Assembly: GCA_973895155.1 (NCBI GenBank)
Contig: OZ316894.1
Span: 4,302,944-4,366,943 of the forward strand
Length of the DNA: 64,000 bases
Origin: Marsupella aquatica
Lineage: Eukaryota > Plantae > Marchantiophyta
Direction: 5' to 3'
Shown one piece after another: positions 11,962-25,880 of the stretch; the stretch's first letter is position 1, and every line of letters starts with the position of its first letter. The position numbers and the translations under genes are program-made. The notes under the pieces are model-generated. The model was not told where the DNA came from. It saw only the letters and a program-made list of their open reading frames with translations, and did not search any database.

Positions 11962-14900
11962 CTTATTTCCAGGAATATCCCTGTCTTATTGAATTTAAGA
12001 ACTGCTAAAGGAAGAGGAGAACGGGGTCCACAAACTAATTGTGAATAGTCAGGGTAGGACCATGACTTAGCAGGGTATAAAATAAATTTTGCGGGGAAGG
12101 AGGGTGAAGACAACTTGCAAATGTTAGATATTTTGTTCAGTCATTTTCCTGAAGTCAGTAGGAATTTAGATCAAATTAGTTTGATCTTACATAAATTTAG
12201 GTTTTTTCAATAAAGACGACAGTGTGACAAGGGTATTCAAAGGCCACTGGAGCAAACCCAGCAAGGCACATAGAAACAACCAACTTTGTACAGCACTTAA
12301 TAAGAAGTGTTGAAGAATATTTCATTATTGTACATTTTCATGTTAGATCATAGCAGATTTTATGTTATGGTTTTGTGCAAGACAGGTCTCTGATCAGAGA
12401 GCATTTGGTCACAAAAGAATGAACAAATCTAACAGCTAACCCCTTGCCATGGTAAGTTTATTTTTTCTCACCAAGAAAGTTTCTGAAAAAAGACGTGGTC
12501 AATACACGTTTTCCACTCAATCAAGCCACTTCAAGAAAGTAGAGAATACATAATGATTGGGGGGGTTTCATGATTGCTCACTTTTTTTTGCTATTACATT
12601 TCATTGTATCATTTAATTAAAGTGATAGACAGGGTTTGCTAGACAGTCAAAGTTGCATGAGTGAAGCGTGTATAAGTGCAGGCCGGCCAAGTACTCCCCT
12701 AATATTATTGCAGTTTCCTTTGTAAAATCCCCAGAAAATGCAGTTAGCATAAGATAGCCGGTCACTGTGAATTTTGGATGTACAGTGAAGCAATGTGTGT
12801 CACAGTCTATGGGAATGGGAATATCAAACCCTCAGTCCATCCAAACTTAACTTTCTGAAGTGAAAGAGTGAGAAAAAAAACTTTTTAAATTGAAAAGGAG
12901 GAAAACATGATTTTTATAATAAGTGAATAGTAAACAACTGAAAGGGCAATGCATGTAAACCTTCACTAAATGCCTTTTTTAGCTGAAAGAATGATTTGTA
13001 TAAAAGTTATTTTCATAACACAACTCATAACACAAGTATAGCAATCTACAACGATAAAAAATGTTCTCTTGCATTGAAGCTTTGGGTAAACCTCCTTAAC
13101 CCTGGACAAGTCATATTTTATTTGAAAAAAAAAGACTCTCAAAAAGACTCATCAAATGAAGCTGGAGTGAACAAATAGGTTTATTGATCACACAACTTTT
13201 CATGACATATCTTGAGTCAAGGGCCTCCATAAATTTGTAATTTTGCTGTCGTTGTCCAATTTTTCTCTACCTAAGACAGCCCCCAAGGGCAATATGCATG
13301 AATTGTGGGAGTAGGTATTATTTCAATATTAGACTCAAAATAAGAAATGACACAAACACCCAGAAAATAGATTCATGACGAGTGAAGATTGAGGAAGAAA
13401 ATAAACCAAATGGGCTTTAGGCCAACACAGAATATTTGACTCTTAACTCATTTCAACTGCATGAATTCAAATGGCAGTATTGCATGCACACCATTTTATA
13501 TTGGGGCTCTATCTTGATTGCCTTGTACTTGGGTGACATATGACTTGTATATTTTGCTCTACATGCAGGACAACATATGATATGCATTTTGAGCCTGTGA
13601 TGATGGCGATGGATAGTCACAAGAATGTGAAAGGAGAGGAGAGGTGGAGAGCCAGACATTTATTGCATTATACAGACAGGACTAGGATGTCACACAGTGT
13701 AACCCTCGAACATATATGAGTATGACACCAGCTTTTAGTGTTGGCTTCACTTCTTTCATTTTTATTTTGAAGGGGAAATGTGTGAAACCCTACAAAAAGG
13801 GAACACTCAGTCACAATAGTTGAACCTAAGACTTATCAGTTTCCACACAAAATGCCTCTCTGCACTACTTCTTTCATTCTTAAAAGGCCCAAACGAACAT
13901 CTGTGCATTGCACAATGTCTTGTCGTTGTGCCCATGTTATTGCTCATGTAGTGTTATTGTTGCATGAATTATAGTTTGGCTATGTTATTGTTGTGGTAGG
14001 GGCGATGTTGTTATTGCTCCCATTTTGTCATTGAATTATTTTCTTCCAGTCAAAGTTATATTCTCATTAGGTTTCCAGAAGCACACTTCAGTTAAACGAC
14101 CATGCAGAAGATGGCGATGGGGGTGGAGTAGTGCTGGGAGAAGTGCACCTCATTTGAAATTAGGGCCGCCTGCAAAGAGAGTCAGTGGAGTCGGGGCCAA
14201 TTGTATCTGAAGTTCAGGCTGAGAGTTTTTTCCGGAGCAAGAATGCGAGGCTTGTCAAAGCAGATAGCTGTTCATTCCACTTATCGAGTGTCTGTAGATC
14301 TAGATATCACCAATTGGGGAGTATTTGGTTTGTGTTGACTCTGTTTGATCTCGATTCTGCGAATGGCGTTTTTGGTTTATTCGATCCTTAGCATGAAAAT
14401 CAGGGATGTCTTGCAACATGCATTCGATCAATAAGATTTAAACATATGATTCTACAGCCACTCCAACCACTAAGCTTTCATGCACTTTTTAATGCGAAGT
14501 GAACTAAACGCCCCACCGATTCAAGTGTCATCCCAGCTTCCCTCAAACAACTCCCGAATTTCCGAATGGGTAGCTTTCATAAATCCCAAATATGGATGTT
14601 TCTGTAAATTTCCATTTGTTGCCTCTGCTTAGATCAAGGCCACTCCAGCTAATTCCGAATCGCTGGCTGTGATGAGGGACTAGAGATTCTCCAGTGACAT
14701 ATAACTAGTGACCTCCGTGCTCATCTTACCTCCTGCCGCTTCCAGATTGCTAGCCATGCCTACATTGTCCCTTCCTACATCGGCATGTTCCCCAACGTGA
14801 ATTTGGATCACGTTGAATCATTTTGTGGCATGACGGTATGATTGTACTATTGGCCTTCGCAGCCTTTTGTTGACCTCGGGTTAAATCGTATCTTTCCATG

Positions 14901-16865
14901 TAGAGTTGCTCTTTAACATCTCATGCGTTCCACTGAAGAACGGTGAATATTACCTTACGTAAAGAATCCCCAACCACAATCAAAAGGGAGATCGACAATA
15001 GAGGTTATCTGGTGTTTTCGCTTTGCCTTTCTGAATCTCTTGAAGCCCAAATATATGTAGTATTAATTTGCTCTATGTGTCCCGTGCCCCTATTGCAGAC
15101 CTTGGGACTTCAAAATCAATCCTTTTTCCTTTATCACTTTGTGAATGCTCGCCCGTAACCCACTTGGGCTTGTGGAATTCAAGTACCGTTTCTTCATTCG
15201 GTATCACGTCATTGGATTTGGCAAGAACTGTAATTTAGACTGAAATTTTGGATTTCGTGTGCTTAAACCCAACAAGTCACGAGTTCGAGTCTTTCGATCC
15301 TAGCGGAAGAACGAATGGTTTCTCTCGTGCCAGTGCCAAACATGAGAACGTCATGTATTTGTTGGCAATGAGAAATTTCTTCCACCAGGTAGATAAACTT
15401 GTTCTAGCTCTAAAGTAGTTAAACACCGAGATATAATGTTTTGGTCAACTTGGATATGTTGAGAATGGATCAAGAATCGACTTCGACTCAAACCAGGTTA
15501 CAGTTATGAGAATTACATCAAAACTCAATCCCAGCACTAGTAAGTTATCCAAAAAGGATGACAGTACAGGTGTCTAGCTCCTTGTATGGACAGCTGAGGA
15601 CCCCGTCGAACTAGCATGCATGCACCCAGTAATCCCAACGAGAGCACACCATATGCAACCGACACCTTCATTAAAAAGGACACTATTTACATTCAATCTT
15701 CTTACTGAAGATCACTAATTTACAGTAGCACAATATACCACAGTGATGATATTTGTCAGATCACCAGTGCATTTGTTATGCTGTTCCGAACTGTTAGTTG
15801 AAAATACAGTGATGGACTCATTACTTCGTTAGTCAGCCCGATATTCCTTCGAGATGACTCTTTAGCAAACCAAATTTCTCTACAGCAGCTGTCGAGCAGC
15901 AGTGGTCGCCTGAACAATCCTGATACCGAACATACAATGTTCCGGATCTATCCCCATCCTGAACAATCAACATTACTTGTCCACCGGAGTATTACCTGAT
16001 TGATGGAAACTTCGTAATCAATGCTAAACGAACAACTCAAACATTTAATTCATCGGCCACAATGGATGGAATCAACTGAAACCAAAAAGCGATCGTTGAA
16101 TTATGGAACTGTAAAGAATGCTCGAATTGCTCAACAAGCGGAACACTGGGACGAAAGGATCTTGATCAAGAAGTTCGGGCTTAAATCCAATCAGTGCACA
16201 ATACTGGGAGTGCACCCCTGCACTGGTTTTCTACACTGGCGTCCATGGTAAACCTTTTCTCGGGAGCTGTGTCCGTTGCCCTGTTGGTGGCTGTGACGAT
16301 CCAACTTTGCCGGTACTCAATTGTGTTTCAAGAAATGAAGGTAGCGCTGCTGAAGAATGTACTTGGCCATCAAAATGCTCCGACTCTGTATTCTCTTCGG
16401 ACTATCGGTTTTTTTGGGACCACTGTAGGGGTACCAAAGGAGGATAAGCGGGAGAGCTGGCAGGCAGTAAATTCAGACACAGTAAATTCACAAAGAATTG
16501 ACAGTAACGTTTGAAAACTCTCACCTCCCGTCAGGAGGACAAAAGAGTTTGATCTCAAGACTAGGAGTCAAATTAAGCCGAAAACCCAGTTGGAACACTC
16601 AGGGGATAGTAAACTTTTGAAACATTAGTTTTTTGTAAATAATGAAAGTTAAGTCCCGGTCACTCTAATTATCCCTAATGTTGGGCGGGAGTGCACCCTA
16701 AGACGTTCTATCTTCTGCATCAGTACATATTTCCAGTACTGCACTGGAATTGGTCTTCTTTCAATATACAATAATATACACTAGAATCAGCGAATCTCCT
16801 TAAAAAATGGCCTCACTCACAATACGCCGGTCCATGTTCTCCTGGGTAGTAGGCAGCTCGCATCA

Positions 16866-18900
16866 TTACCAAAAGTTCCCACAAGAGCAAATGCCACCCT
16901 TGAAATGATGAAAACGGCTTGCATCTCCCACAATGATTTCTCTTTGCGTTAATTTTGCTAGGAATTTGGTAGCACTGTGAGAATCACCACAAAGCCGTAG
17001 ATTTTTTAAGATGCGGATGGGAGTCCGGGGAGAGCTGTTTTATAAGACCAAATCCGATAGCTAGTTTTTCGCTATGTTGCCATAAGCGAGCTATTTTCTC
17101 TTCTTCCTTTATATAATGTAATACGAAGGTGGTGCACATACCCTGCCTCCTTCATCGCACTTGACAATCGAGTTAGTTGTGCACGGATTTCAATAATCTA
17201 AGGATTTTCTTAATCATCTGAGATAAATGAATGCATCTCGCTGCTGAATCCAGGTGCAGCCAGGCTCTTTCTTTACACCACGTTCTGACTTCATTTGTTG
17301 AATTTTCGCTCTGCTGTCCCACTTGCCAGCAGCAGCTTAAATGTTTGAAAAGGTAACATAGCCTGATGCATCTCTCTGTCATGATTCAGGAGCTTGTTTT
17401 GCAATGCGGTCTGCCATTTCTAAATTTCCATGAATTCTACAGGCACCTAGCAAAGATGACCATACTGAAGGACTGGCTCACACGACATAGTCTTGATCAT
17501 ATCTTCTGCCTCTTCCAGACGACCTGAACGGCCAAGAAGGTCAACCATGTAGGCAAAGTGCTCTACTGTTGCTGGAATACCATGTACAGACTGCATAGCT
17601 TGAAAGCATTCCAATCGTTTCTCCACTAGACCTGCACTGAGAGGAGACAAACAAAAGTGACCATATCCATCTCCGCGCCTTCATAGTGCATTTGTTCAAA
17701 AAGCTCGAAAGCTTTCTATGCACACCCATGCATGGCATATCCTCCAAGCATGGCACTCCAGGAGATCACATCTTGTCAAATACCCCCCTTGCCTCATCTA
17801 TACTACCACACTTGGCATATATGTCAACAAGACTACTTGGAATAGAGATATCAGACTCAAAACCATGGAGCCTGGTCTGATTGAGCACACTCCTGCCTTC
17901 TTCAAAAAGCTGCTACACTAGCGCAAGTATTGAGGGCCCCAAGAAAAGTCATCAAATTGGGTTCAACTGGTTCTGTTTGCATCTTCCTGCACAATTTTCA
18001 AGGCTTTATGCCCTTGTTCACATTTCACAAATCTCAGAATCATGGCATTCCAAGCACGGGCGTCGAGTACTGGCATTTTGTTAACGCACTCCGGGCATCC
18101 TCTAGGGTCCCACATTTGGTGTGCATATCAACCAGGCTACTCCCCACAAAGGAATCAAACTCACAACCTCTTTCAATGATCTGTGCATGTATCCGCCTGT
18201 CTTCTTTTAGAGCCAGAGCCCCAACACTAGCACATGTATTGAGCAACCCCACAAACGTCAAAAGGATTCGTTCAATTTTTTCCCTCTGTGTAAGCCAAGA
18301 AAGTTGCAGGGCCCTCATCCCTTGCCCACATTTCACAAGACCCACACTCATGCCAGTCCAAGAGACCACATTGCGGACAGGCATCTTGCTGATGATCTGT
18401 GCATGGAGCTGTCTGCCTTACACCAGAGATGCTTAACTGGCGCATGCATTGAGCAAAGGAACAAATTATCTGGGTCAATGCCCCCTTCTTTTCATTTTTG
18501 GAAAAACTTCCGGTGTCCTTTTGTATTCCTCACCTTTCACACATTTTGAAAGCTTAGTATTCCAAGAAAAAGGATTCCGTTGAACAGGTCCTGGTGTCCT
18601 GCCTCCACCCATGGGGAATTCGATCTATGAGTGAGCCAGAGTGCAGCTTCTGTCTTCGTGTGCGTGAAATCCGGACAACTTCTGTTGATCTTCTCAGACC
18701 TGTGATCCCAGTATCCCACCACTGCGAAGGGTCTGAAAGGGTTCTCAACAAGTCCTTTCTCACCAACTTCTTTTGTCCATATTGTGGAGTTTGATTTTGG
18801 GAAGCCCGCCTGTCCCCTCGAGAGCATCGATAATGTCCGAGGCAACCTACCGGTAGCCGTGTCAATGTCAGGAGCGAAGGCTCACCTCGCCTCAATCATC
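16866..18900 (-). pseudogene. PLS-class PPR-E-DYW RNA-editing factor pseudogene with N-terminal OSB-type PDF motif
   Basis: PPR motifs (MPVRNVVSWT…, FVGSSLVDMHTKCG, VEHFAYMVDLLGRSGRLEEAEDMIKTM), PG box KEPGCTWI (~17250), and DYW domain QHSEKLAIGFGLI…[10 protein letters not shown]…[16 protein letters not shown] ending at 16866. Many frameshifts/stops; the CxxC motif is mutated to CGDS. The 5' boundary is approximate. Confidence 0.88.
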
Positions 18901-19019
18901 AGTACATGGCCGGCTTCCCTTCCCTTCCCTTCCCTTCCCTTCCCTTCGCTAAATGTACCTCTCCTGAAGAATGCAGCAGAATCGCAGAGAGCCGCAGCAG
19001 CAGCGCTATTGTTGTGGTG

Positions 19020-19420
19020 ATTAATTCCACTACATCATCAACAGTACTGGAATTGGGCCAACGCATGCGCATGACAATCACCAGAATCTCTCTTTCGCTC
19101 GTCAAGTCCAACCAAAGACCAAATGACTTCTCGGGTTTCTTCCCCGAATCCAGTCCGGATGAATCCAAAAGAGCCCCCCCGGAATGAACGGCAACCAATC
19201 CGGACCACCACTCTGAATGCGAACCTTCAATGGCTGTTCTGTTCCGGTTACTGGGAGCACTGCTCTCAGCAGCAGCAGCAGCAGCAGCCTCATCCACTCC
19301 TGCCGGATGATTTTTCCGAATGGCTCCGCTTGCTGCTGCTGCTCCATGGTGACCACTAAACTGCTAACTAATAATTTACTCTTCGCTGATGAGAGCCCAC
19401 CACTGAATTTCCACAATCTC
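19020..19420 (-). pseudogene. Fragment resembling an uncharacterised plant protein family with 'PDWLPFxPGxxYW' and 'LTxEExLSLxxxRGWPSS' motifs (At1g16840-like)
   Basis: GGPDWLPFIPGGLFW in ORF 19102-19416 and LTSEREILVIVMRMRWPNSS in ORF 18899-19297, split by a frameshift. Family recalled from memory, not searched. Confidence 0.35.
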
Positions 19421-20809
19421 CTTCACGTTACTGCCATCAGACTCCTCCGCTCTTGCTGTTTGTAGCTGCTCCATAATCGAATCCTCTGATGTCCCTTCCT
19501 CTCTTCTTGCCAACAGACTCCTGGCAGCCGATTAAACCTGCAGTTCGAATCCACTACCACAAAGATTGCCTCATCTTTCACCAGATTCTCGGAACCTCTC
19601 ACGATTGTCTTCATTCCACTCCTCTGATTCTCTTCTTGTCCAACAGCCTCCTCATCACAGCCAATCACTCCTCCAGCTCAAATCCACTACCACACAAACT
19701 CCCTCATCTTTCAACAAAGTCACAGATTTTGCCATTTTGGTTGGGTCATCCTTGCTGCCACCTTATTGCTGCCAAAATGTTGTTTTGAAGGGAATGTCAA
19801 CGGAGGAAAGTGTTGCTTAGATTTTCTCCTGGTTAAAGCACTGATAAACCCTCAATGGAATTTAAAAGTCTGCTTTGAAAAGTGTTGCTTACATATTGGT
19901 GCAGAAGTCGTTGACTTGAAAGATTGTGCACAAAGACTATAGTGCAAAGAGAAGTATTAGAAGTATTGTCTTTGCACTATTGTTGAAGGTGGTCCAAATG
20001 ATAGATTGTGCACGAAGAGAATAGTTCAGAAATAAGTTTACTCTACAATATGACAGAATTCACTTCTCAACGTTCCTCCAAAATCTAGATTATCACAAAG
20101 AGAGTTGAGTATTTTGTTAAACCACCACAAGCCATACAAAAACCTAGTGACACCAGGTTTCACCATAAATAGTATACTTTTCTGAATTTGTGGAGCAATA
20201 TAGAATGGGAGAAGAGAAGAATGATTGTTTAGCCCTATGGAATGGGAGAAGAGAAGAATGAGAGGAAAGTTTAGGGTTAAGGGTTTAGGACACTTCCCCC
20301 TTTTTATGGCTAGCGGTGGTTGAAGAGCATCTCTCAATCAAGCACCAAAATTAGTTTTAGTTTGTTTTAAACAACATTCGTGATATGATTATCCGGGGGA
20401 CTATGATCCCACTTGAGCATTTATCTGTGGGTTCTTTGCTAAGGACGACTTACAGAAACGTCTCCAAAGTACCATCTCACAGTTCATTTAGTATTGTAAC
20501 GAATCAGAGTTGTAAGGAACATGCAAGAAAATTTTGGATCCCAGGTTATTAGCCTGATCAATAATTACCTGTCACCCATATCAATGAAACTCAGCTGCCT
20601 TGCCAAACTCAAACATCCTAACTTTTTGCGGATGTGTTTATTGTCTCTTGGTGGCCTCACTGACTTGAAAAATTTCCACTTGGCTGAATATGCAGAGCCA
20701 CTTATTTTCTCCTCACCTACCTGGAAAATTTTACTCGCCTGACCTCACTTTGCATCCAACTGACCTCACTTTGCATCCAACTGCATTGCTGAGTGAAAAC
20801 TGCTGTATG

Positions 20810-21443
20810 GTGAATCCACCTTTCATATTTTGTCTTATTCAGAGTTTTGGTGTCATAGATTTTTATTTCAATGTGCCTTATCAAGGGGCAGCCTGTGTAT
20901 AATATACATTTTTATTTAATTTATGGACCCCTTTAAATTTTAGGATTCTAGAGTATTTTGAACTTATTTTGGCAGCCCCCTTATAAATTTTGATGTTTGT
21001 GATTTACGAAAGGCTCCACCACTTGAACAAAGTATTATCATGAGTGAGAAAAATGGTTCTGATTGTGTCTTAAGTTCCCCTGATGTCTTTCTTTCCTAAG
21101 TTTATGGTTTTTATTGAAATGAGTGTGAATCCACCTTTCATATTTTGTCTTATTCAGAGTTTTGGTGTCATATATTTTTATTTCAATGTGCCTTATCAAG
21201 GGGCAGCCTGTGTATAATATACATTTTAATTTAATTTATGGACCCCTTTAATTTTAGGATTCTAGAGTATTTTGAACTTATTTTGGCAGCCCCCTTATAA
21301 ATTTTGATGTTTGTGATTTATGAAAGGCTCCACCACTTAAACAAAGCATTCTCATGAGTGAGAGAAATGGTTCTGATTGTGTCTTAAGTTCCCCTTATGT
21401 TTTTCTTTCCTAAGTTTAAATATGGTTTTTATTGAAATGAGTG
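20810..21443. repeat. Near-identical tandem duplication, ~315-bp unit
   Basis: GTGAATCCACCTTTCATATTTTGTC… starts at 20810 and at 21125; the copies differ by only a few substitutions/indels. Confidence 0.92.
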
Positions 21444-24400
21444 TCATTCATGAGGACATTGAATTAAAGTGCAGATATTGTAGCATCCTTGATTGTACTT
21501 TTCATTGGTCACTGTGCATCAATCCTTCTAGTTATGTTCTCATATGTTATTTACTTTCAAATCACTACAAGATAAAAACTCAAGCATGTTCCAGGATGAG
21601 CATGCTATATGAAAATTGACAGAGGAAAATCCACTTAGGTAGACAGTCACATTTTCTACTCAGCAGCCCAGTTGAGTCATCTTGGCGGCCTGGCTGAGTA
21701 GGAAGATTCCACACACAAAAAACTGATAAGAATGTCTGGTACTTGTGGTGACTGATAACTGAGGGTGTTGTTGCACTGTCAAAAGTGAGTATGGATGGCC
21801 CAACATTTTGAAAGCTTCACAAGAAATTTCTGTGTGATCTATTTAGTTGGTGCCCATTATATGAATACTAGCTCAATACCCATGCATTGCACAAATGATG
21901 CCGTTGCATCAAAGATGTTGCAAAAACATGGCATTGCAATTAAAGATGTTGTTCCGTAAATTGCCAATGTGGCAAGATGATATATAAAAGATATTGTTGC
22001 ACAGAATATGTCATTGTGCAAAAGACGAGGCAAAAAATGTCTTTGCTTAAAAGATATTGTTGTGTCAAAGATGGTGTGATGGAACTCATTGAAGGAAAGG
22101 AGTGTTGTGGATGCAAGGTGAAGTTTTGGGCCCTATGCCCATGCACTGCACAACTATCATTGTGATTGCGTCATGCTTGCCCATGTGCTTGTGGCCGGTT
22201 GGGTTGTCAGTGAGGCTGTGCCGGGGGCTGTGCCATGGTTGTGAAAGTCAGTTTTGTTTCAACTAGGTTGTCATGCAGCCTTGTCATTGTTGCGGTCATT
22301 CCCACAATGTCATCTATCTAGTCTCAATTTTTTTTATCATTGTTAATGCCTGTGTGAATGTGAGTAAGCTGTTAGAGGGGAAGGGCACAAGGAAGTGCAA
22401 GGCAAATGGATGCAGGCAAGTAGGTGGATGGACTGCCCCCCACCCCTTGTTACTTTTTTCCCCGCAATCCTTCTGTCTATCCCACTCCCCCTCCCCCTCA
22501 CCCTCACCCTCATTAGGAAAGAAAACAATGACCTAAACTGGGTGCAAAGTTCTATCATGATTGTGGAATGTGTAGGTTGTTACAATAGACTGTGGGCAAA
22601 AAAATGTCAAGTGCGAATGGGTTGGAAAGAAATGGGTTGCAAAGAAAGTTAATCCTATGGGGAAAGCAAAACAGTCTATTGGAGCAAAACATAAAACTCC
22701 ATGCAAACAAAGGCAATCCAAAGAAAAATTAGATGGGAGACAAAGATAAGAAAGGTTATATATGAGGACCAAAATGAAGTACCTTGCAAGGTTGAATCAC
22801 CTTGTCACATTAAATTTGCACTCGGGGGTTTCACTTCCACAAAAATGACATATCACGTGCGACGAAGTATAGGGTCATTTTATTGGTTCGAAGGGAAGAC
22901 TTAAGAATTTTCTGAGAAGAACAATAGGGTCTTTTAAATCCAATTTTGGGACTTATAAGAACATTAGGGTCCTTATAACCAAAATTTTAGAATATTCTGA
23001 GAATATTCCAACTTTATAGGGGTCAAAAAAATTAAAAAATATCTTACATTTTAGGGGGTCCGAGGCCTAAAAACGTCGTAGGTGATGGGGAGGCATCCAT
23101 AAGGTGAGACCCCCGAGAATTTGCATGGAAAAAGAAAAGTTCACCTGACCTACCAAAAAAGGAGAGGTGAGAAGGGGGTGGGTATTTATATTGGCCCAAA
23201 GCACAAAATAAAAACAAAAGAACCCCTACCCACCCCTCCAATAAAAAATAGTGAGTACAAAAGGTTAAAAGAAACCAAGAGGTGGAAAGATATCGTTGAC
23301 GTTGTTGCACAAAATATGTTGGATGCACAGAAGATATTACTATGCAAGGATGTCAATGTGTTAAAAATATTACACAAAAGATTTCACTGCATAAAAGATG
23401 TCTTTGCCGAAAAGATATCATTGACTTTGTTGGTCAAAATGTGTCAGTTGCGTATAAGATCAATTGTCATTGTGGGGAAAACATCATTTTGCCAATGAAA
23501 GATGTCGAGGAGGAAAAGCTGTTGTTATACAACACAAGTTGTTGGGTGAAAGAGGTACTTGTGTAGATGCCATTGCATACCAAAGACATAGCTCCCCAAA
23601 AGAGATTGTTGTGTTTAGGCTTTTGATGCATAAAAGACATTGCAAAAAAGTTGTGGTTGTGCAAATTTAACATTTCATGAAGGAAAAGACGTTGTTATCT
23701 AAAGAAATTGTAGAGTATCTGAGGTCAAGAGCAGGCACTTGGGCATTGGCTCTATTTGGACCTTACGAAGAAATTGTGGAAGATTGGCCTCCTTGACACT
23801 CTCATGAATTGATTTCAATTTCCATTTGTAGTCTTTGTCAGATATCACAAACAGGCTCTACATTGACATAGGGGACCATGTTTGGACTTTGTGCAATTGG
23901 CCGGTGCAAAGTCAAAGTACTGGCCCGAAACGGCCGAAAGGTTGGAGGATAGAGTACAATTCCTTCTTGATCCCTTTCCTTTTTCCAATTTTTTTTGTCT
24001 TCTTGCTGCTGTTCCTTCTAACATTTTGTTGGCACTGCAAATTTAGTCTTCACAAACAAGATACTCAGGAATTTAGTCTTTGGCAGATATCACAAACAAG
24101 ATACTCTGGATGGACATAGGTGGACCATGCTTGGGACTTTGTGCAATTGGTGCAAAAGCATTGACCTGACATATCGAGGAGGACAATCCACCTTGTCCTC
24201 CACTTTCTCCTTGATCCTTTTCCTTTGCTTCCTCTCAAGATTTTTTTTGGCACTGCAAATCTGTAATATATATATAAGGAGTTCTCCTCGATCTGACTCT
24301 CTAAAAGCTTGATTAATGTAGCTGAACCATCGTTCTGTAGCTGACGACGAGGAAGGGAGGGAGGGAGGAAGCGGTACGTCTCTGTGGCTGCGCTTGTTTG

Positions 24401-24475
24401 TTAAAGTGGGTCCTGAGGGGTAGAAAGAACGGTGGCTGTGGGAGTTTGCTGCAGGCAAGGAAAAATTAAAAAATT

Positions 24476-24484
24476 TAATAAATA

Positions 24485-24515
<31 letters not shown>

Positions 24516-24529
24516 ACAAATAAATAAAT
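24476..24529. repeat. (AAAT)n microsatellite
   Basis: Direct inspection; a (TA)n tract also lies at 24966-24985. Confidence 0.9.
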
Positions 24530-24990
24530 CAGAAAATGTAATACAGGGTTGCACCTTTTTTTAAAAGTGCCGTGGAGGGGTAACTATTAAGGTTTAAAAA
24601 GAAAAAATTGACAAAAACAATAAAAAAATCATTCTCATTTTTTGTACTTTGGTGGTGGTTGTTGCCTCTCTTTGTGTCATGACATATTTCACTTTACAAT
24701 TTTTTTCAACACAATGAGATCTTCCTAACATAGATATATTTTGCATCATGAAATTTTTCCAATTACATCTTTAGTACAACATCATCTATTAAACATTGAT
24801 GTCTTTTGCTGAACAATATCTTTTAATAAATTACATTTTTTGTGCAATGACATGTTTTACTTAATCCATGCTTTGAGCAACCACATATTTTATCTAACAA
24901 CATCTTAAATGCAATGGCATATTTACACAACAAAATCTTTTGTGGAATGCACGGCCATTGAGCTCATATATATATATATATATATGTGAA

Positions 24991-25880
24991 TGTTTCAAGA
25001 AATGAAGGTGGCGGTGCTGAAGGAATGTACTAGACCATCAAAATGCTCTGACTCCGCATTCTCTTTGGACTGTTTTTCTGGGACCCCTGAGGGGTACCAA
25101 AGGAGAGGGGTACCAAAGGAGTCAAAATTGACAGTAAGGATTGAAATCTTTCACCCTCAGTCAGGGGAACAAACAAGTTTGATCTTGAGACTAGGAACCA
25201 AATTAAGCAAAAAAACCCAGTTGAAACACTTAGGGAATAGCTAACTTTTGTAAAGACAACGTTTTGTAATCAATGATAGTTAACTCCTCGGTCATTCATT
25301 ATTCCTAACGTTGGGTGCACCCTACGAGTCTACGACGTTCTATCTTCTGCATAAGTACATATCCCCAGTGCACTGGATCTTGGTCTTCTTTCAACATAAT
25401 TATACTAGAATCTCCTTAAAAAGTGCCCTGATACTGAATCCCGAAGATGAAGACAAAAAACAAATCAGCCACAAAAAAACAAAAAACATTTTTTTTTTCT
25501 TTTCTTTCAAACAACCTGGACAAAACCCGGGAACCTTTATTCAGCCACAAAACATAATTTTATGTCATTTCCCATTCATCTTTGTCCCATCCCTGTTTTT
25601 TGTCCACCATCATTTTCAGTTTTGTCCTCATCTGGAGTCATGGTCAGCTGTCCTTATTGAGAGTTACAATTCACTCTAGACCACACCCTAGCCCTAGAAA
25701 ATAGCTTTGCATTGCACTTTATTAGATAGATAATTATACTAGAATCTCCTTAAAAAGTTGCCTCACTCACAAAATACTCCGGTCCATGTTCTCCTGAGTA
25801 GTAGGCAGCTCGCATCATTACCAACAGTCCCCACAACTGAAGAGCAAATGCCACATTTGAAGCTATGAAAACGGCTTGCA
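24991..25880 (-). pseudogene. Diverged second copy of the DYW-PPR 3' end and downstream flank (paralogous to 16324-16925), interrupted by a 305-bp insertion
   Basis: TGTTTCAAGAAATGAAGGT… at 24991 matches 16324 and stays colinear; the remnant ASRFHSFKCGICSS matches [14 protein letters not shown]. Confidence 0.8.

Noticed and set aside
14025-16270. Coding-like composition suggesting a decayed gene
   Set aside because: Manual translation of sample stretches gave no recognisable domain and frequent stops.
21880-24960. Short ORFs in AT-rich repetitive DNA
   Set aside because: Low-complexity TE-derived repeats (related segments at ~21900, ~23300 and inverted at ~24700) with no protein motifs.
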